64,000 nt of DNA from a bacterium (GCA_030641525.1 DAOWHH010000001.1:2626-66625); one strand, 5' to 3'; numbered from the stretch's first letter, positions 1 through 9,595 are shown. A program made the numbers and translations. The notes: a model not told the origin generated them from the sequence alone.

Positions 1-12
1 AGACAGAGAAGT

Positions 13-1788
13 TTGGGTGTGTCTAAAATATCAAAGAAAAAAATAAGCTTTTTTACTAAATTACTTATTTTTTCTATAGCATTTTTCTTTATATCTTTTG
101 GAATAGCTTTTTTTGTTTTTTATGGGGGTGTAAATATTATTTCTACAGAGAATGTTGATATTTCTGTGACAGGACCATCTTCTATTGGAGGAGGGGAAGA
201 GTTATCATTTCAAATTACTGTTCAAAATAATAACTCAGTTGACTTAGAATTAGCCGATTTGATTATAAAATATCCAAAAGGAACTCTTTCAGCTATTGAT
301 AAAAATACAGAATTGGTACAAGTTAGAGAAGCATTAGACACTATTTCTTCAGGAAGTAGTATGACTAAGTTATTTAAATCCACCTTATTTGGTGGTGAAG
401 GTGATAAAAAGGAAATTCTTATTACTATTGAATATAGAGCTAAAGGATCAAATGCTATTTTCTTTAAGGAAAGAAAATATGAAGTAATTATAGACTCTTC
501 TCCTGTTGTTTTTAATGTAGATATTCCAAAAGAAGTAATGGTTGGTCAAGAATTTGAACTTTCAATAGATATATCTTCAAATTCTAATAAGATTGTAAAG
601 GATTTCTTATTTGTGGTTGACTATCCTTTTGGTTTTGATTTTAAAAGTTCTGATATAAAACCAAGTTATAGTGATAATGTGTGGGATATTGGTGATATAC
701 AACCTAATTCAACGAGAATTTTGAAAATAAAAGGTGTCATTGAAGGTCAGGATAAAGAAGAAAGAGTTTTTAAATTTTATGGAGGAGCGAAGGATTTAAA
801 AAAGGGAAATGAAATTAAAGCTAAATTAGTTTCGATAGACGAGCCTGTTTTAATTAAAAAAACTCTTATTGGTGTGGAATTAGTTTTGAATGGAGATTAT
901 GCTCTTGAATATACTGCTCCAAGTGGTAAGAGTATTCGGGTAGATATATTATGGTCAAATAATTTAGCAACAAAATTGATTGATGGGAGAGTTGAACTAA
1001 AATTAAATGGAATTGTTTTGGATGAAGAGTCTATTTCTTCCGAGACGGGTTTTTATAGCTCGATTGATAATACGATAACTTGGGATAAATCAGATAATCC
1101 ACAATTGACTGTTTTGAATCCTGGTGATGACGGTAATCTAAGTTTTAGTTTTTCTATTCATCCTTTATCCTTTATATCTAATTCTGGTATAAAAAATCCA
1201 GAAATTGATCTTGATTTAACAGTAATAGCAAATCAATTATCGGATATCAATTCAGTTGAGACAGTAGAAACAACTCTTTCCAAAAAAATTAAAATAAGTA
1301 CAGATTTACTTTTGACAGGGAGGAGTCTTTATTCTATTGGAAGTTTTGAAAATATAGGACCAATACCACCTGAAATAGAAAAGGAAACAAATTATACTAT
1401 TGTATGGACGGTAGTTAATACATCTAATGATATTTCTAATGCGAAGGTAGTAGCATCATTACCTTCTTATGTAAAATGGGCTGGTAATATAAGTCCTCGT
1501 TTAGAAAATATTTCTTTTAACCCTATTGGAGGTGAAATAACTTGGGATGTCGGAGATATAAGAGCTGGTGATGGAGTTTCTACCATAGCTAAAGAGGTTA
1601 GTTTCCAAGTGACTTTAACACCTAGTTTAAGTCAGATAGGAACAGCTCCTATTTTAGTTGATAATATTTCTTTGGAAGGGGTAGATGATTTCACAAATAA
1701 ATTAATTAACTACTCCCTAGGATCAATAAACACTCGTTTTAGTACAGACCCTCTTTATAGCTCAGGAAATGAGAATGTGGTAAGGTAA
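13..1788 (+). CDS. membrane-anchored surface protein with repeated beta-sandwich (CARDB/DUF11-like) modules
   Basis: 591-aa ORF with TTG start. N-terminal TM helix (LLIFSIAFFFISFGIAFFVFYGG), then a long S/T/N/I-rich region with beta-strand-like patterns. Family call is by pattern only. Confidence 0.5.
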   Translation: MGVSKISKKKISFFTKLLIFSIAFFFISFGIAFFVFYGGVNIISTENVDISVTGPSSIGGGEELSFQITVQNNNSVDLELADLIIKYPKGTLSAIDKNTELVQVREALDTISSGSSMTKLFKSTLFGGEGDKKEILITIEYRAKGSNAIFFKERKYEVIIDSSPVVFNVDIPKEVMVGQEFELSIDISSNSNKIVKDFLFVVDYPFGFDFKSSDIKPSYSDNVWDIGDIQPNSTRILKIKGVIEGQDKEERVFKFYGGAKDLKKGNEIKAKLVSIDEPVLIKKTLIGVELVLNGDYALEYTAPSGKSIRVDILWSNNLATKLIDGRVELKLNGIVLDEESISSETGFYSSIDNTITWDKSDNPQLTVLNPGDDGNLSFSFSIHPLSFISNSGIKNPEIDLDLTVIANQLSDINSVETVETTLSKKIKISTDLLLTGRSLYSIGSFENIGPIPPEIEKETNYTIVWTVVNTSNDISNAKVVASLPSYVKWAGNISPRLENISFNPIGGEITWDVGDIRAGDGVSTIAKEVSFQVTLTPSLSQIGTAPILVDNISLEGVDDFTNKLINYSLGSINTRFSTDPLYSSGNENVVR

Positions 1789-1790
1789 TT

Positions 1791-1948
1791 TAAGTAGCAA
1801 GTATTAAGTATCAAGCTAAAATTCACGAAATGAATTTTATCAGTTTGAAAAATTGCGACTAAAACATTCTAAAGAATGTCCGTCCGATCAAAACAAAGTT
1901 TTGATTTAGGAAGTAATTTTCATACTTTATACTTAATACTTACTACTT
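1791..1948. repeat. inverted-repeat-bounded multi-hairpin intergenic element
   Basis: AAGTAGCAAGTATTAAGTAT (1791-1810) is complementary to ATACTTAATACTTACTACTT (1929-1948) at 19 of 20 positions. Three hairpins with A-rich loops lie inside, at 1818-1838, 1864-1879 and 1886-1906. Confidence 0.5.
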
Positions 1949-1962
1949 AATACATAATTATT

Positions 1963-3345
1963 ATGAAAGAAAAAAAACAATTGGATAAAATGGAAAAAAT
2001 AATCTCCCTCTCTAAGAGAAGAGGTTTTGTTTTTCAAGGTTCGGAAATATATGGAGGTATGGGAGGTACTTATAGTTATGGTCCGCTTGGAGTTGAGTTA
2101 AAAAATAATATTAAACAACTTTGGTGGAAGAAATTTGTTCAAGATCGGACAAATATTGTAGGAATAGATGGGCCTATATTACTTCATCCAAAATTATGGG
2201 TAGTTTCAGGACATGCTGAAGGTTTTGGTGATGCTATGGTTGATTGTAAAGAATGTAAAAAAAGATTTAGAGCAGATCATCTCGTTGAAGATGCCATAGG
2301 GAAAGATTTGGAGGGAAAGATTGAAGAAATGACAAAAATAATAAAAGAAGAAAAAATAAAATGTCCTAATTGTGGAAAGGTAAATTGGACTGATGTTAAA
2401 GAATTTAATATGATGTTCAAGACCCAAATGAATGGAGTAGAGGGAGATATTTTTCTACGACCTGAAACAGCAGGGGCAATTTTTATTGAATTTAAAAATG
2501 TAATGGATTCCACAAGACAAAAATTACCTTTTGGAATTGCACAGATTGGTAAAGCCTTTAGAAATGAAATTGTAGCAGGAAATTTTATTTTTAGATTAAG
2601 AGAATTTGAACAGATGGAAATTGAATATTTAATTCGTCCTCAAGAAAATTGGGAACCAATTTTTGATAATTGGTTAAATTTGCAAGAAGAATTTGCTATG
2701 GAATTGGGAGCAAAAAAAGAAGATTTAAGAAGATTAGAGCATCCTAGAGAAAAATTATCTCATTATTCTAAAAAAACTATAGATATTGAATATAAATTTC
2801 CTTTTGGTTTTAAAGAATTATATGGTTTGGCTCATAGAGGAGATTTTGATTTAACTCAACACACTGAATTTTCAAATGAAAAACTTGAATACTTTGATCA
2901 AGAAACTGGAGAGAGATTTATTCCTCATATTATAGAACCTACTTTTGGAGTGGAGAGAAGTCTGTTATTAGCTTTATTGTCTGCTTATACTGAAGAAGAA
3001 GTGGAAGGGGAAATTCGAGTGGTTTTGAAATTCCCAAACAAATTAGCTCCGATTAAAATTGCATTCTTACCACTTTCTAAAAAAGATGAATTAACAGAGC
3101 CAACTAAAAAATTATTTGATAAATTTAAAGAGAAATTTATTTGTCAGTATGATGAAACCCAATCAATTGGAAAAAGATATAGAAGGCAGGACGAAGTAGG
3201 AACACCTTATTGTGTGACTTTTGATTTTGACTCTTTGGGTGATAATTCTGTGACCGTGAGAGACAGAGATACAATGAAACAAGAAAGAGTTAAAATTGAA
3301 GACCTAGAGATATATTTAAATGAGAAATTTCACTCTAATGAGTGA
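1963..3345 (+). CDS. glyQS: glycine--tRNA ligase (dimeric class II type)
   Basis: 460 aa. N-terminal RRGFVFQGSEIYGGMGGTYSYGPLGVELKNNIKQLWWKKFV and class II core motifs (FRNEI, GVERS) are typical of GlyRS. Confidence 0.93.
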   Translation: MKEKKQLDKMEKIISLSKRRGFVFQGSEIYGGMGGTYSYGPLGVELKNNIKQLWWKKFVQDRTNIVGIDGPILLHPKLWVVSGHAEGFGDAMVDCKECKKRFRADHLVEDAIGKDLEGKIEEMTKIIKEEKIKCPNCGKVNWTDVKEFNMMFKTQMNGVEGDIFLRPETAGAIFIEFKNVMDSTRQKLPFGIAQIGKAFRNEIVAGNFIFRLREFEQMEIEYLIRPQENWEPIFDNWLNLQEEFAMELGAKKEDLRRLEHPREKLSHYSKKTIDIEYKFPFGFKELYGLAHRGDFDLTQHTEFSNEKLEYFDQETGERFIPHIIEPTFGVERSLLLALLSAYTEEEVEGEIRVVLKFPNKLAPIKIAFLPLSKKDELTEPTKKLFDKFKEKFICQYDETQSIGKRYRRQDEVGTPYCVTFDFDSLGDNSVTVRDRDTMKQERVKIEDLEIYLNEKFHSNE

Positions 3346-3385
3346 TCTCTTGTTAGGATGAAAAATTGATAAATAGCAAAGAGGT

Positions 3386-3430
3386 AAAAACTACATAAAG
3401 AGAATGACCCTCTTTTTGTGTAGTTTTTAT
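3386..3430 (+). terminator. long-stem intrinsic terminator after glyQS
   Basis: AAAAACTACA/TGTAGTTTTT outer stem and AAAGAG/CTCTTT inner stem around loop AATGACC, followed by a T-rich run. Confidence 0.7.
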
Positions 3431-3472
3431 AATATCTAGGATATTATAAAAATAAATGTATAATTAAAAACA

Positions 3473-4741
3473 ATGAAATTCAAAAAGAAAGTTTTAAAAA
3501 ATGGATTGAGGATTATTACTGTGTCGATGCAGGACAATAAAACAGCCACAGCTCTTGTTTTGGTTGAAGCAGGTTCTAAATATGAAGACAAAACAAATGA
3601 TGGCGTTTCTCATTTTCTTGAACATATGTGTTTCAAAGGAACAAGTAAAAGACCTTGTTCAGGGGATATTTCTCTTGAACTTGATTCGTTAGGAGCTTAT
3701 TCAAATGCTTTCACTTCTCACGAATTTACAGGTTATTATGCCAAAGCTCATTCTAAAAATATTCATAAAATAATAGAGATTATTTCAGATATGTATCTAA
3801 ACCCTATTTTTAATGAAGAAGAAATTAACAAAGAAAGAGGAGTTATAATTGAAGAGATAAATATGTATAAGGACTTACCAATGAAGAGTGTTTATGATAT
3901 TTGCTCAAAGCTTTTGTATGGAGATCAACCTGTTGGTAGACCTATTTTAGGAGATAAAAATTTTATCAAAAAATCAAATAAAAAAGATTTTGTAAATTAT
4001 AGAAAGAAACATTATGTGGCTTCAGCTACTACTATAGTGGTAACAGGTAATATTAACGAAAAAGAAATTATCAAAGATATAGAAGAAAAATTCAAAGATA
4101 TTGATATAAGTAAAAAATATAATAAGATAAAAGTTAAGGAATCTCAAAAGTCTCCTCAAATAATAACTAAAAATAAGAAATCAGATCAAAGTCACTTAAT
4201 TTTAGCTATTAGAGCTTTTGATTTTTTCAAAAAAGAAAGTGCTATTGTATCTATGATAGCGGGAATATTAGGAGCTGGAATGAGTTCAAGATTATTCAGT
4301 AAATTAAGGGATGAGATGGGAGTTTGTTATTATATAAATGCAGATAATGAAACATTTACAGATCACGGTCTTTTGAAAATTTCAGCAGGAGTTGATAATA
4401 AGAGAGTACAGGAAGTTGTAGAGGTGATTTTAAATGAATTGAAAAGATTAAAAACAGAATTAATTTCTGATTCTGAATTAAAAAAAGTTAAAGAATATTT
4501 GATAGGGAATTTGTTCTTAGGATTAGAATCGTCAGATTCTTTTGCTGAATTCTATGGAGTTCAAGAAATATTAAATAGACCAATAATGAATGCTAAAGAA
4601 AAAGCTAAAAGGATAAATGAAATTAGTGCAAAAGATATAAAAAGAGTAGCTAATAAAATATTTAAGAATGAAGGATTAAATTTAGCGATGATAGGTCCTG
4701 TAAAAGACAAAAAACCTCTTAAAAAGATTCTTTCTTTTTAA
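3473..4741 (+). CDS. M16 family (pitrilysin-like) zinc peptidase
   Basis: 422 aa with the inverted zinc motif HFLEHMCFKGT (HxxEH) near the N-terminus. Confidence 0.85.
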   Translation: MKFKKKVLKNGLRIITVSMQDNKTATALVLVEAGSKYEDKTNDGVSHFLEHMCFKGTSKRPCSGDISLELDSLGAYSNAFTSHEFTGYYAKAHSKNIHKIIEIISDMYLNPIFNEEEINKERGVIIEEINMYKDLPMKSVYDICSKLLYGDQPVGRPILGDKNFIKKSNKKDFVNYRKKHYVASATTIVVTGNINEKEIIKDIEEKFKDIDISKKYNKIKVKESQKSPQIITKNKKSDQSHLILAIRAFDFFKKESAIVSMIAGILGAGMSSRLFSKLRDEMGVCYYINADNETFTDHGLLKISAGVDNKRVQEVVEVILNELKRLKTELISDSELKKVKEYLIGNLFLGLESSDSFAEFYGVQEILNRPIMNAKEKAKRINEISAKDIKRVANKIFKNEGLNLAMIGPVKDKKPLKKILSF

Positions 4742-4763
4742 TTTTTATGTTAATATTAAATAT

Positions 4764-5840
4764 ATGAATGGTAATTCTAAAAATATTTTAATAAATATAG
4801 GGTCAGGAACAATAATAAAATCAATTTTATTGGGTTTGTTATTTGTATTTCTATATATTTTTCGTGATTTAGTACTGATTATCTTAACAGCTATAATTTT
4901 AGCGTCTTCCATTGAGCCTCTTACAAAATATTTGATGAAATTCAAGGTTCCTCGAGTTTTGGCAGTTATATTAATTTATCTGACAATTTTTGCTTTTTTT
5001 ATCACAATATTTATTATTTTTATTCCATTAGTTTTAGATGAAATTTTTTCTTTTATGTTGGTGTTACCACATTATCTAAGTATTCTTGAAACATGGAATC
5101 CTATTGCTCATGGAGGATTTTTATCCCAAGCAACTGTGGAAGGTTTGTCTTCTGGTTTTTCTGTTACTGAGATTATATCTGAATTAAAAGGAACCATAGG
5201 GTCTACTTTTAGTAGTTTTTGGCAGACTATCAATAATATATTTGGAGGTATTTTTTCATTTCTTTTAATATTAATTTTTTCTTTTTATTTTGCAGTTCAA
5301 GAATATGGAATTGTTAATTTTCTAAAAATTGTTACTCCTGTAGAACATGAAAAATACATAATTGATTTATGGAGAAGATCTCAGCTTAAGATTGGACTTT
5401 GGATGCAAGGACAACTTCTATTAGCTCTTTTGATTGGAGTGTTTGTGTATTTAGGTTTAATGATTTTAGGAGTTAAATATGCTTTATTGTTAGCTTTATT
5501 GGCTGCTTTTGCAGAACTTATTCCATTATTTGGTCCTATTTTAGCTGCTATCCCTGCGATCTTGATTGCTTTTGCTGGTGGTGGAGTGACGATGGGATTA
5601 ATGGTATTAGGCTTTTTTGTTGTAATTCAACAATTTGAAAATCATTTGATTTACCCTCTAGTTGTTAAAAAGGTGGTGGGAGTACCTCCTTTAATGGTTA
5701 TTATTTCTCTTTTAGTTGGGGTACATTTAGCTGGTTTTTTGGGAGTTATTATTGCAGTTCCTGTAGCTGCTATAATGATGGAGTTTATTAATGATGTAGA
5801 AAGAAATAAAAGAAAACAAATAGAAAAGATTGGAAAATGA
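4764..5840 (+). CDS. AI-2E family (PerM/UPF0118) transporter
   Basis: 358 aa polytopic membrane protein. The C-terminal ELIPLFGPILAAIPAILIAF ... QQFENHLIYPLVV pattern is typical of the family. Confidence 0.8.
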   Translation: MNGNSKNILINIGSGTIIKSILLGLLFVFLYIFRDLVLIILTAIILASSIEPLTKYLMKFKVPRVLAVILIYLTIFAFFITIFIIFIPLVLDEIFSFMLVLPHYLSILETWNPIAHGGFLSQATVEGLSSGFSVTEIISELKGTIGSTFSSFWQTINNIFGGIFSFLLILIFSFYFAVQEYGIVNFLKIVTPVEHEKYIIDLWRRSQLKIGLWMQGQLLLALLIGVFVYLGLMILGVKYALLLALLAAFAELIPLFGPILAAIPAILIAFAGGGVTMGLMVLGFFVVIQQFENHLIYPLVVKKVVGVPPLMVIISLLVGVHLAGFLGVIIAVPVAAIMMEFINDVERNKRKQIEKIGK

Positions 5841-7264
5841 ATAAAAACTTTTATATTACTACTACTTTGCCTTATGTAAACGCAGATCCTCATGTGGGTT
5901 TTGCTTCTGAAATTTTACGAGCAGATTTTTTAGCTCGCTATAAAAGAGAGAGAGATTTTGATGTGTTTTTTAATACAGGAACTGATGAGCATGGAATGAA
6001 GATTCATCATAATGCTATGGAGCAGGGAGTAGATACTCAGGAATATGTAGATAAGTATGCAAAGAGATTTGATGATTTAAAGAAGGTGTTGAACTTGTCT
6101 TATGATAGTTTTATGAGAACAACCGACAAAGATCATATGAAGTCCACCCAAACTTTTTGGAAAAAATGTGAAGATAACGGAGATATTTATAAAAAGATAT
6201 ATAAAGTAAAATATTGTGTTGGTTGTGAATTAGAAAAAACAGATTCAGAATTAGTAGATGGTTGTTGTCCTTTACACCCAGGAAAAGAATTAGAAATAAT
6301 TGAAGAAGAAAATTATTTTTTCCGTTTTTCTAATTATGGAGAGAAACTTTTGAAATTATATGAAGACAATCTTGATTTTATCATTCCTGATTATCGTCAA
6401 AATGAAATTAAAAAATTCGTGGAGAGAGGATTGCAAGATTTCAGTATCTCTCGTCTGAAAGAAAAAATGCCTTGGGGAGTACCTGTTCCTGGGGATGATG
6501 AGCATGTAATGTATGTTTGGTTTGATGCTCTTGTGAACTATATTTCAGCTATTGGCTGGCCTAATGATATGGAGAAATTTGAAAAATGGTGGCCTGTTTT
6601 CCAAGTAGCTGGAAAAGATAATCTTCGTCAGCAATCGGCAATGTGGCAAGCTATGTTGATGTCTGCTGGTCTAGAACCTTCTAAGCAAATACATATTTTT
6701 GGGTTTATTAATTCTGGAGGACAAAAGATGAGTAAAAGTATCGGAAATGTAATCAATCCTTTAGATATTGTGAATGAATATGGTACTGACGCTTTAAGAT
6801 ATTATATTGCTAGGCATATAAATATGTATGAAGATTCTGATATGACTATGGATAAATTCAAAGAAGTTTATAACGCTGATTTAGCCAATGGATTAGGTAA
6901 TTTAGTGAGTCGGATAATGAAGATGGTTGAAAATTATGAAGTGAAATTTGAGCCAGAAGATTTTAAATTGGAAGGGTGTTCAGAATTTATAGAATTAATG
7001 AATGAATTTAAGGTGAATGAATCTATTGATTTAATTTGGCAAAAAATTAAATATTTAGATGAAAAGATTCAAGAAGAAGAACCTTTTAAGGTTGCTAAAG
7101 ATAATTTAGAAAAAGCTCAGAATATGTTGAAGAATTATCTTGTTGTACTTTGGGAAATATCAAATCTATTAATAATTTTTATGCCAGAAACAGCAGAAAA
7201 AATCCAAAATCTAATCAAAGAAAATAAATCTCCAAAAGAACCTTTGTTTCTAAGAAAAAAATAA
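5837..7264 (+). CDS. metG: methionine--tRNA ligase
   Basis: 475 aa. TTTLPYVNADPHVGF (HIGH region), a CxxC...CxxH knuckle and KMSKSIGN. The start overlaps the upstream stop by 4 nt. Confidence 0.95.
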   Translation: MNKNFYITTTLPYVNADPHVGFASEILRADFLARYKRERDFDVFFNTGTDEHGMKIHHNAMEQGVDTQEYVDKYAKRFDDLKKVLNLSYDSFMRTTDKDHMKSTQTFWKKCEDNGDIYKKIYKVKYCVGCELEKTDSELVDGCCPLHPGKELEIIEEENYFFRFSNYGEKLLKLYEDNLDFIIPDYRQNEIKKFVERGLQDFSISRLKEKMPWGVPVPGDDEHVMYVWFDALVNYISAIGWPNDMEKFEKWWPVFQVAGKDNLRQQSAMWQAMLMSAGLEPSKQIHIFGFINSGGQKMSKSIGNVINPLDIVNEYGTDALRYYIARHINMYEDSDMTMDKFKEVYNADLANGLGNLVSRIMKMVENYEVKFEPEDFKLEGCSEFIELMNEFKVNESIDLIWQKIKYLDEKIQEEEPFKVAKDNLEKAQNMLKNYLVVLWEISNLLIIFMPETAEKIQNLIKENKSPKEPLFLRKK

Positions 7265-7270
7265 ATAATT

Positions 7271-7372
7271 CCAAATTTAGCATACTTCTTCCTCAACCTC
7301 TGAAAAAATATTTTCAATGTATTGTAAACACACCTCAAATATTTTTTGACGAAGATGAAAAAGAAAACTTTT
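7271..7372 (+). repeat. copy 1 (degenerate) of an about 110-nt structured intergenic repeat
   Basis: CCAAATTTAGCATACTTCTTCCTCAACCTCTGAAAAAATATTTTCA aligns base for base with the 5' halves of the copies at 40790 and 50719. Confidence 0.7.
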
Positions 7373-7631
7373 AATTATTAGTCATTATTATGTTAAACGA
7401 GAAGAATATAAGACAAAACGAGAACAAAAAATGATTAATGAAGATATAAAGAAAATAAAATTAGCTTATAGAAAAGGACAATATAGAATAAGTGGAGGAT
7501 TGTACTCTGAGTTAGAATATCAAACCTATGCTAGTAAAGAATCTGCTAGAATAGAAGAATAACTTAAAGATCCAAAAAACCTTATAAGTATTGATGAGTT
7601 AATGAAAGTTTGAACTGTTATATAGTAATGG

Positions 7632-7660
7632 TTGACAATAATATTGTATAACGTTAATAT
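7632..7660 (+). promoter_or_regulatory. sigma70-type promoter of the higBA locus
   Basis: TTGACA (7632-7637), 17-nt spacer, TAATAT (7655-7660). The ATG lies 12 nt downstream of the -10 box. Confidence 0.55.
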
Positions 7661-7672
7661 GTATTATAGATT

Positions 7673-7954
7673 ATGATAATTGATTTTAAATCTAAAGAAA
7701 TAAATAAGATTTTTTTAGGTGGGTTTTCTAAAGTATTTTCACGTAATACTTGTCGAGTAATTCAAAGAAAATTATGGATGTTAGATGCCTCTACTAACTT
7801 ACAAGACTTAAGAATACCGCCATCAAATAGGTTAGAAAAATTGAAAGGGAAAAGAGTCGGACAACATAGTATTAGAATAAATAAAAAATGGCGAATTTGT
7901 TTTCGGTGGCAAAATGGAAATGCTTATCAAGTAGAAGTAGTTGATTATCACTAA
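7673..7954 (+). CDS. higB: HigB-like toxin (RelE/ParE superfamily, plasmid maintenance system killer)
   Basis: 93 aa. C-terminal LKGKRVGQHSIRINKKWRICFRWQNGNAYQVEVVDYH is the HigB signature. The toxin gene precedes the antitoxin gene. Confidence 0.85.
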   Translation: MIIDFKSKEINKIFLGGFSKVFSRNTCRVIQRKLWMLDASTNLQDLRIPPSNRLEKLKGKRVGQHSIRINKKWRICFRWQNGNAYQVEVVDYH

Positions 7955-7972
7955 AATCTTAAGTTAAATAAT

Positions 7973-8302
7973 ATGAGTACAAAAAACAAACAAAATAAAA
8001 AAATAAATAATATTCATCCTGGAGAGATTCTTTTGGAAGAATTTTTAAAACCTCTTAGCTTAAGTCAGTATCGTTTAGCTAAAGAAATTAATGTTTCTGC
8101 CTTGAGAATCAATGAAATTGTTCATCAAAAAAGAGCTATTACAGCTGATACAGCATTACGTTTATCTAGATTTTTTGGAAATTCAGCTCAGTTTTGGTTA
8201 AACTTACAAACAAAGTTTGATTTGTTGAATACTGAATTTAAGATTTCTGATCAAATTAGTCATAAAATTTCTCCTTTTAATTTTGTAAATGATAATTTAT
8301 AA
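7973..8302 (+). CDS. higA: HigA antitoxin (XRE-type HTH)
   Basis: 109 aa. IHPGEILLEEFLKPLSLSQYRLAKEINVSALRINEIVHQKRAITADTALRLSRFFGNSAQFWLNLQ is canonical HigA. Confidence 0.85.
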   Translation: MSTKNKQNKKINNIHPGEILLEEFLKPLSLSQYRLAKEINVSALRINEIVHQKRAITADTALRLSRFFGNSAQFWLNLQTKFDLLNTEFKISDQISHKISPFNFVNDNL

Positions 8303-8323
8303 AAACTAGATTTTAAAAATAAT

Positions 8324-8788
8324 ATGGACAAACTAGAAAAATTTATCATAAAAGCTAAAGCCAATGGTTGGGTAGGAACAGAGAAGAGGGGAGAAAAAAT
8401 CAAATCTTCCAGAGAAGGAGCCTTTGATATTATATATAACGAAGGTGATTATCATTACCATGATTCATTTGTGGGTTTTTCTGATTTCTGCGGAATGGAA
8501 CATATAACTTACAAAAAAGAACCTGTTTGGTCTATGGCTTATTATGGTTATCTTTTAGAACCAGATATGTTTTCTGGTGATGAAGCCGTTGATATTTTAA
8601 AAGATGCTCTTGGAGAAATGTATAAGCAAGGAAGATTTTTAGGTGGGGATGTTTTTAAAAAAGGAAAATTCGAATATCGAGATATGAATTTCGGAGGTTA
8701 TAAAAAATTCAATGGAGTAGAGAAGATTTATATGGATGGAAAATTGGTGTATGAATTGATTTATTTCGGAGGTTTGGTTAAAAAATAA
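8324..8788 (+). CDS. DUF5680-like protein
   Basis: 154 aa. The pattern FI.KAK...W.G......S..G.....Y.EGDY.Y.D...GF..F.G.E.......PVW.M.YYG ... KL.YEL.Y.GG matches my memory of a domain usually fused C-terminally to XRE-type HTH regulators. Confidence 0.55.
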   Translation: MDKLEKFIIKAKANGWVGTEKRGEKIKSSREGAFDIIYNEGDYHYHDSFVGFSDFCGMEHITYKKEPVWSMAYYGYLLEPDMFSGDEAVDILKDALGEMYKQGRFLGGDVFKKGKFEYRDMNFGGYKKFNGVEKIYMDGKLVYELIYFGGLVKK

Positions 8789-8793
8789 ATAAT

Positions 8794-9582
8794 ATGTATA
8801 AATACTTTGATACACATGCTCATTTAGATATGTCTCAATTTGATGAGGATAGAGATATTTTGATTAAGAAATTACAGGATGAAAATATTGGAGTAATTAC
8901 AATTGGGGTGGATAAAAAATCATCTCTTGAAGCAATTAAGTTGTCAGAAAAATATGACAATGTTTTTGCTAGTGTTGGTTTTCATCCTATAGATGCAAAA
9001 GAAGAATTTAAGTGGGAGTATTTTTCCGAGATTATTCAAAATCCAAAAATTGTAGCCATAGGGGAGTGTGGTTTAGAATTTTTCAGAATAGAGAAAGATT
9101 CTGAAGAAGAAAAGAAACGACAAATTAAATTATTTGAATCACAAATTGATTTTGCAGTAAAATATGATAAACCTTTAATGATTCATTGCAGAAACGCTCA
9201 CAAGGATGTTTTAGCTATTTTAAAGGTAAAAAAACAAAAATATGGTGACAAATTGAGAGGAATTATCCATTTTTTCTCTGGAAATATACAGGAAGCTCAA
9301 GAATATATAGATTTGGGATTTTCTTTTTCTTTTGGTGGAGTAATTACCTTTACTTCTGATTATGACGAGGTTGTGAAATTTATTCCTATTGATAGGATTT
9401 TATCAGAAACAGACGCTCCTTTTGTGGCCCCAGAGCCATATAGAGGAAAGAGAAATGAGCCGATTTATATAAAAGAGGTGGTTAAAAAGATAGCCGAACT
9501 AAAAGAAGAAGATTTGGCTAAAACTAAAGACATTCTAGTACAAAATGCAGTAAATATGTTTGCATTAGGTGTTAAATTATGA
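8794..9582 (+). CDS. tatD: TatD family metal-dependent hydrolase
   Basis: 262 aa. FDTHAHLD at the N-terminus, then GECGLEF, IHCR and ETDAPF motifs. Confidence 0.9.
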   Translation: MYKYFDTHAHLDMSQFDEDRDILIKKLQDENIGVITIGVDKKSSLEAIKLSEKYDNVFASVGFHPIDAKEEFKWEYFSEIIQNPKIVAIGECGLEFFRIEKDSEEEKKRQIKLFESQIDFAVKYDKPLMIHCRNAHKDVLAILKVKKQKYGDKLRGIIHFFSGNIQEAQEYIDLGFSFSFGGVITFTSDYDEVVKFIPIDRILSETDAPFVAPEPYRGKRNEPIYIKEVVKKIAELKEEDLAKTKDILVQNAVNMFALGVKL

Positions 9583-9595
9583 TAGTCTTTCGTTT

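Noticed and set aside
1789-1962. A T-box riboswitch upstream of glyQS.
   Set aside because: No T-box consensus (the AAUUAGGGUGGUACCGCG-like sequence) is present. There is also no GGC specifier loop context and no antiterminator/terminator pair. Only AT-rich hairpins are present.
3343-3345. An alternative genetic code with UGA recoded, as in some CPR lineages.
   Set aside because: TGA clearly terminates well-conserved genes at their expected lengths (glyQS 3343-3345, tatD 9580-9582, map 40787-40789). No conserved gene needs read-through of TGA. The standard code 11 fits.
9569-9595. The GTG start for rpsF, which overlaps tatD, as given in the track.
   Set aside because: The ATG at 9596 follows directly after the tatD stop and removes nine non-conserved residues, so it is preferred. 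The difference does not affect the call.
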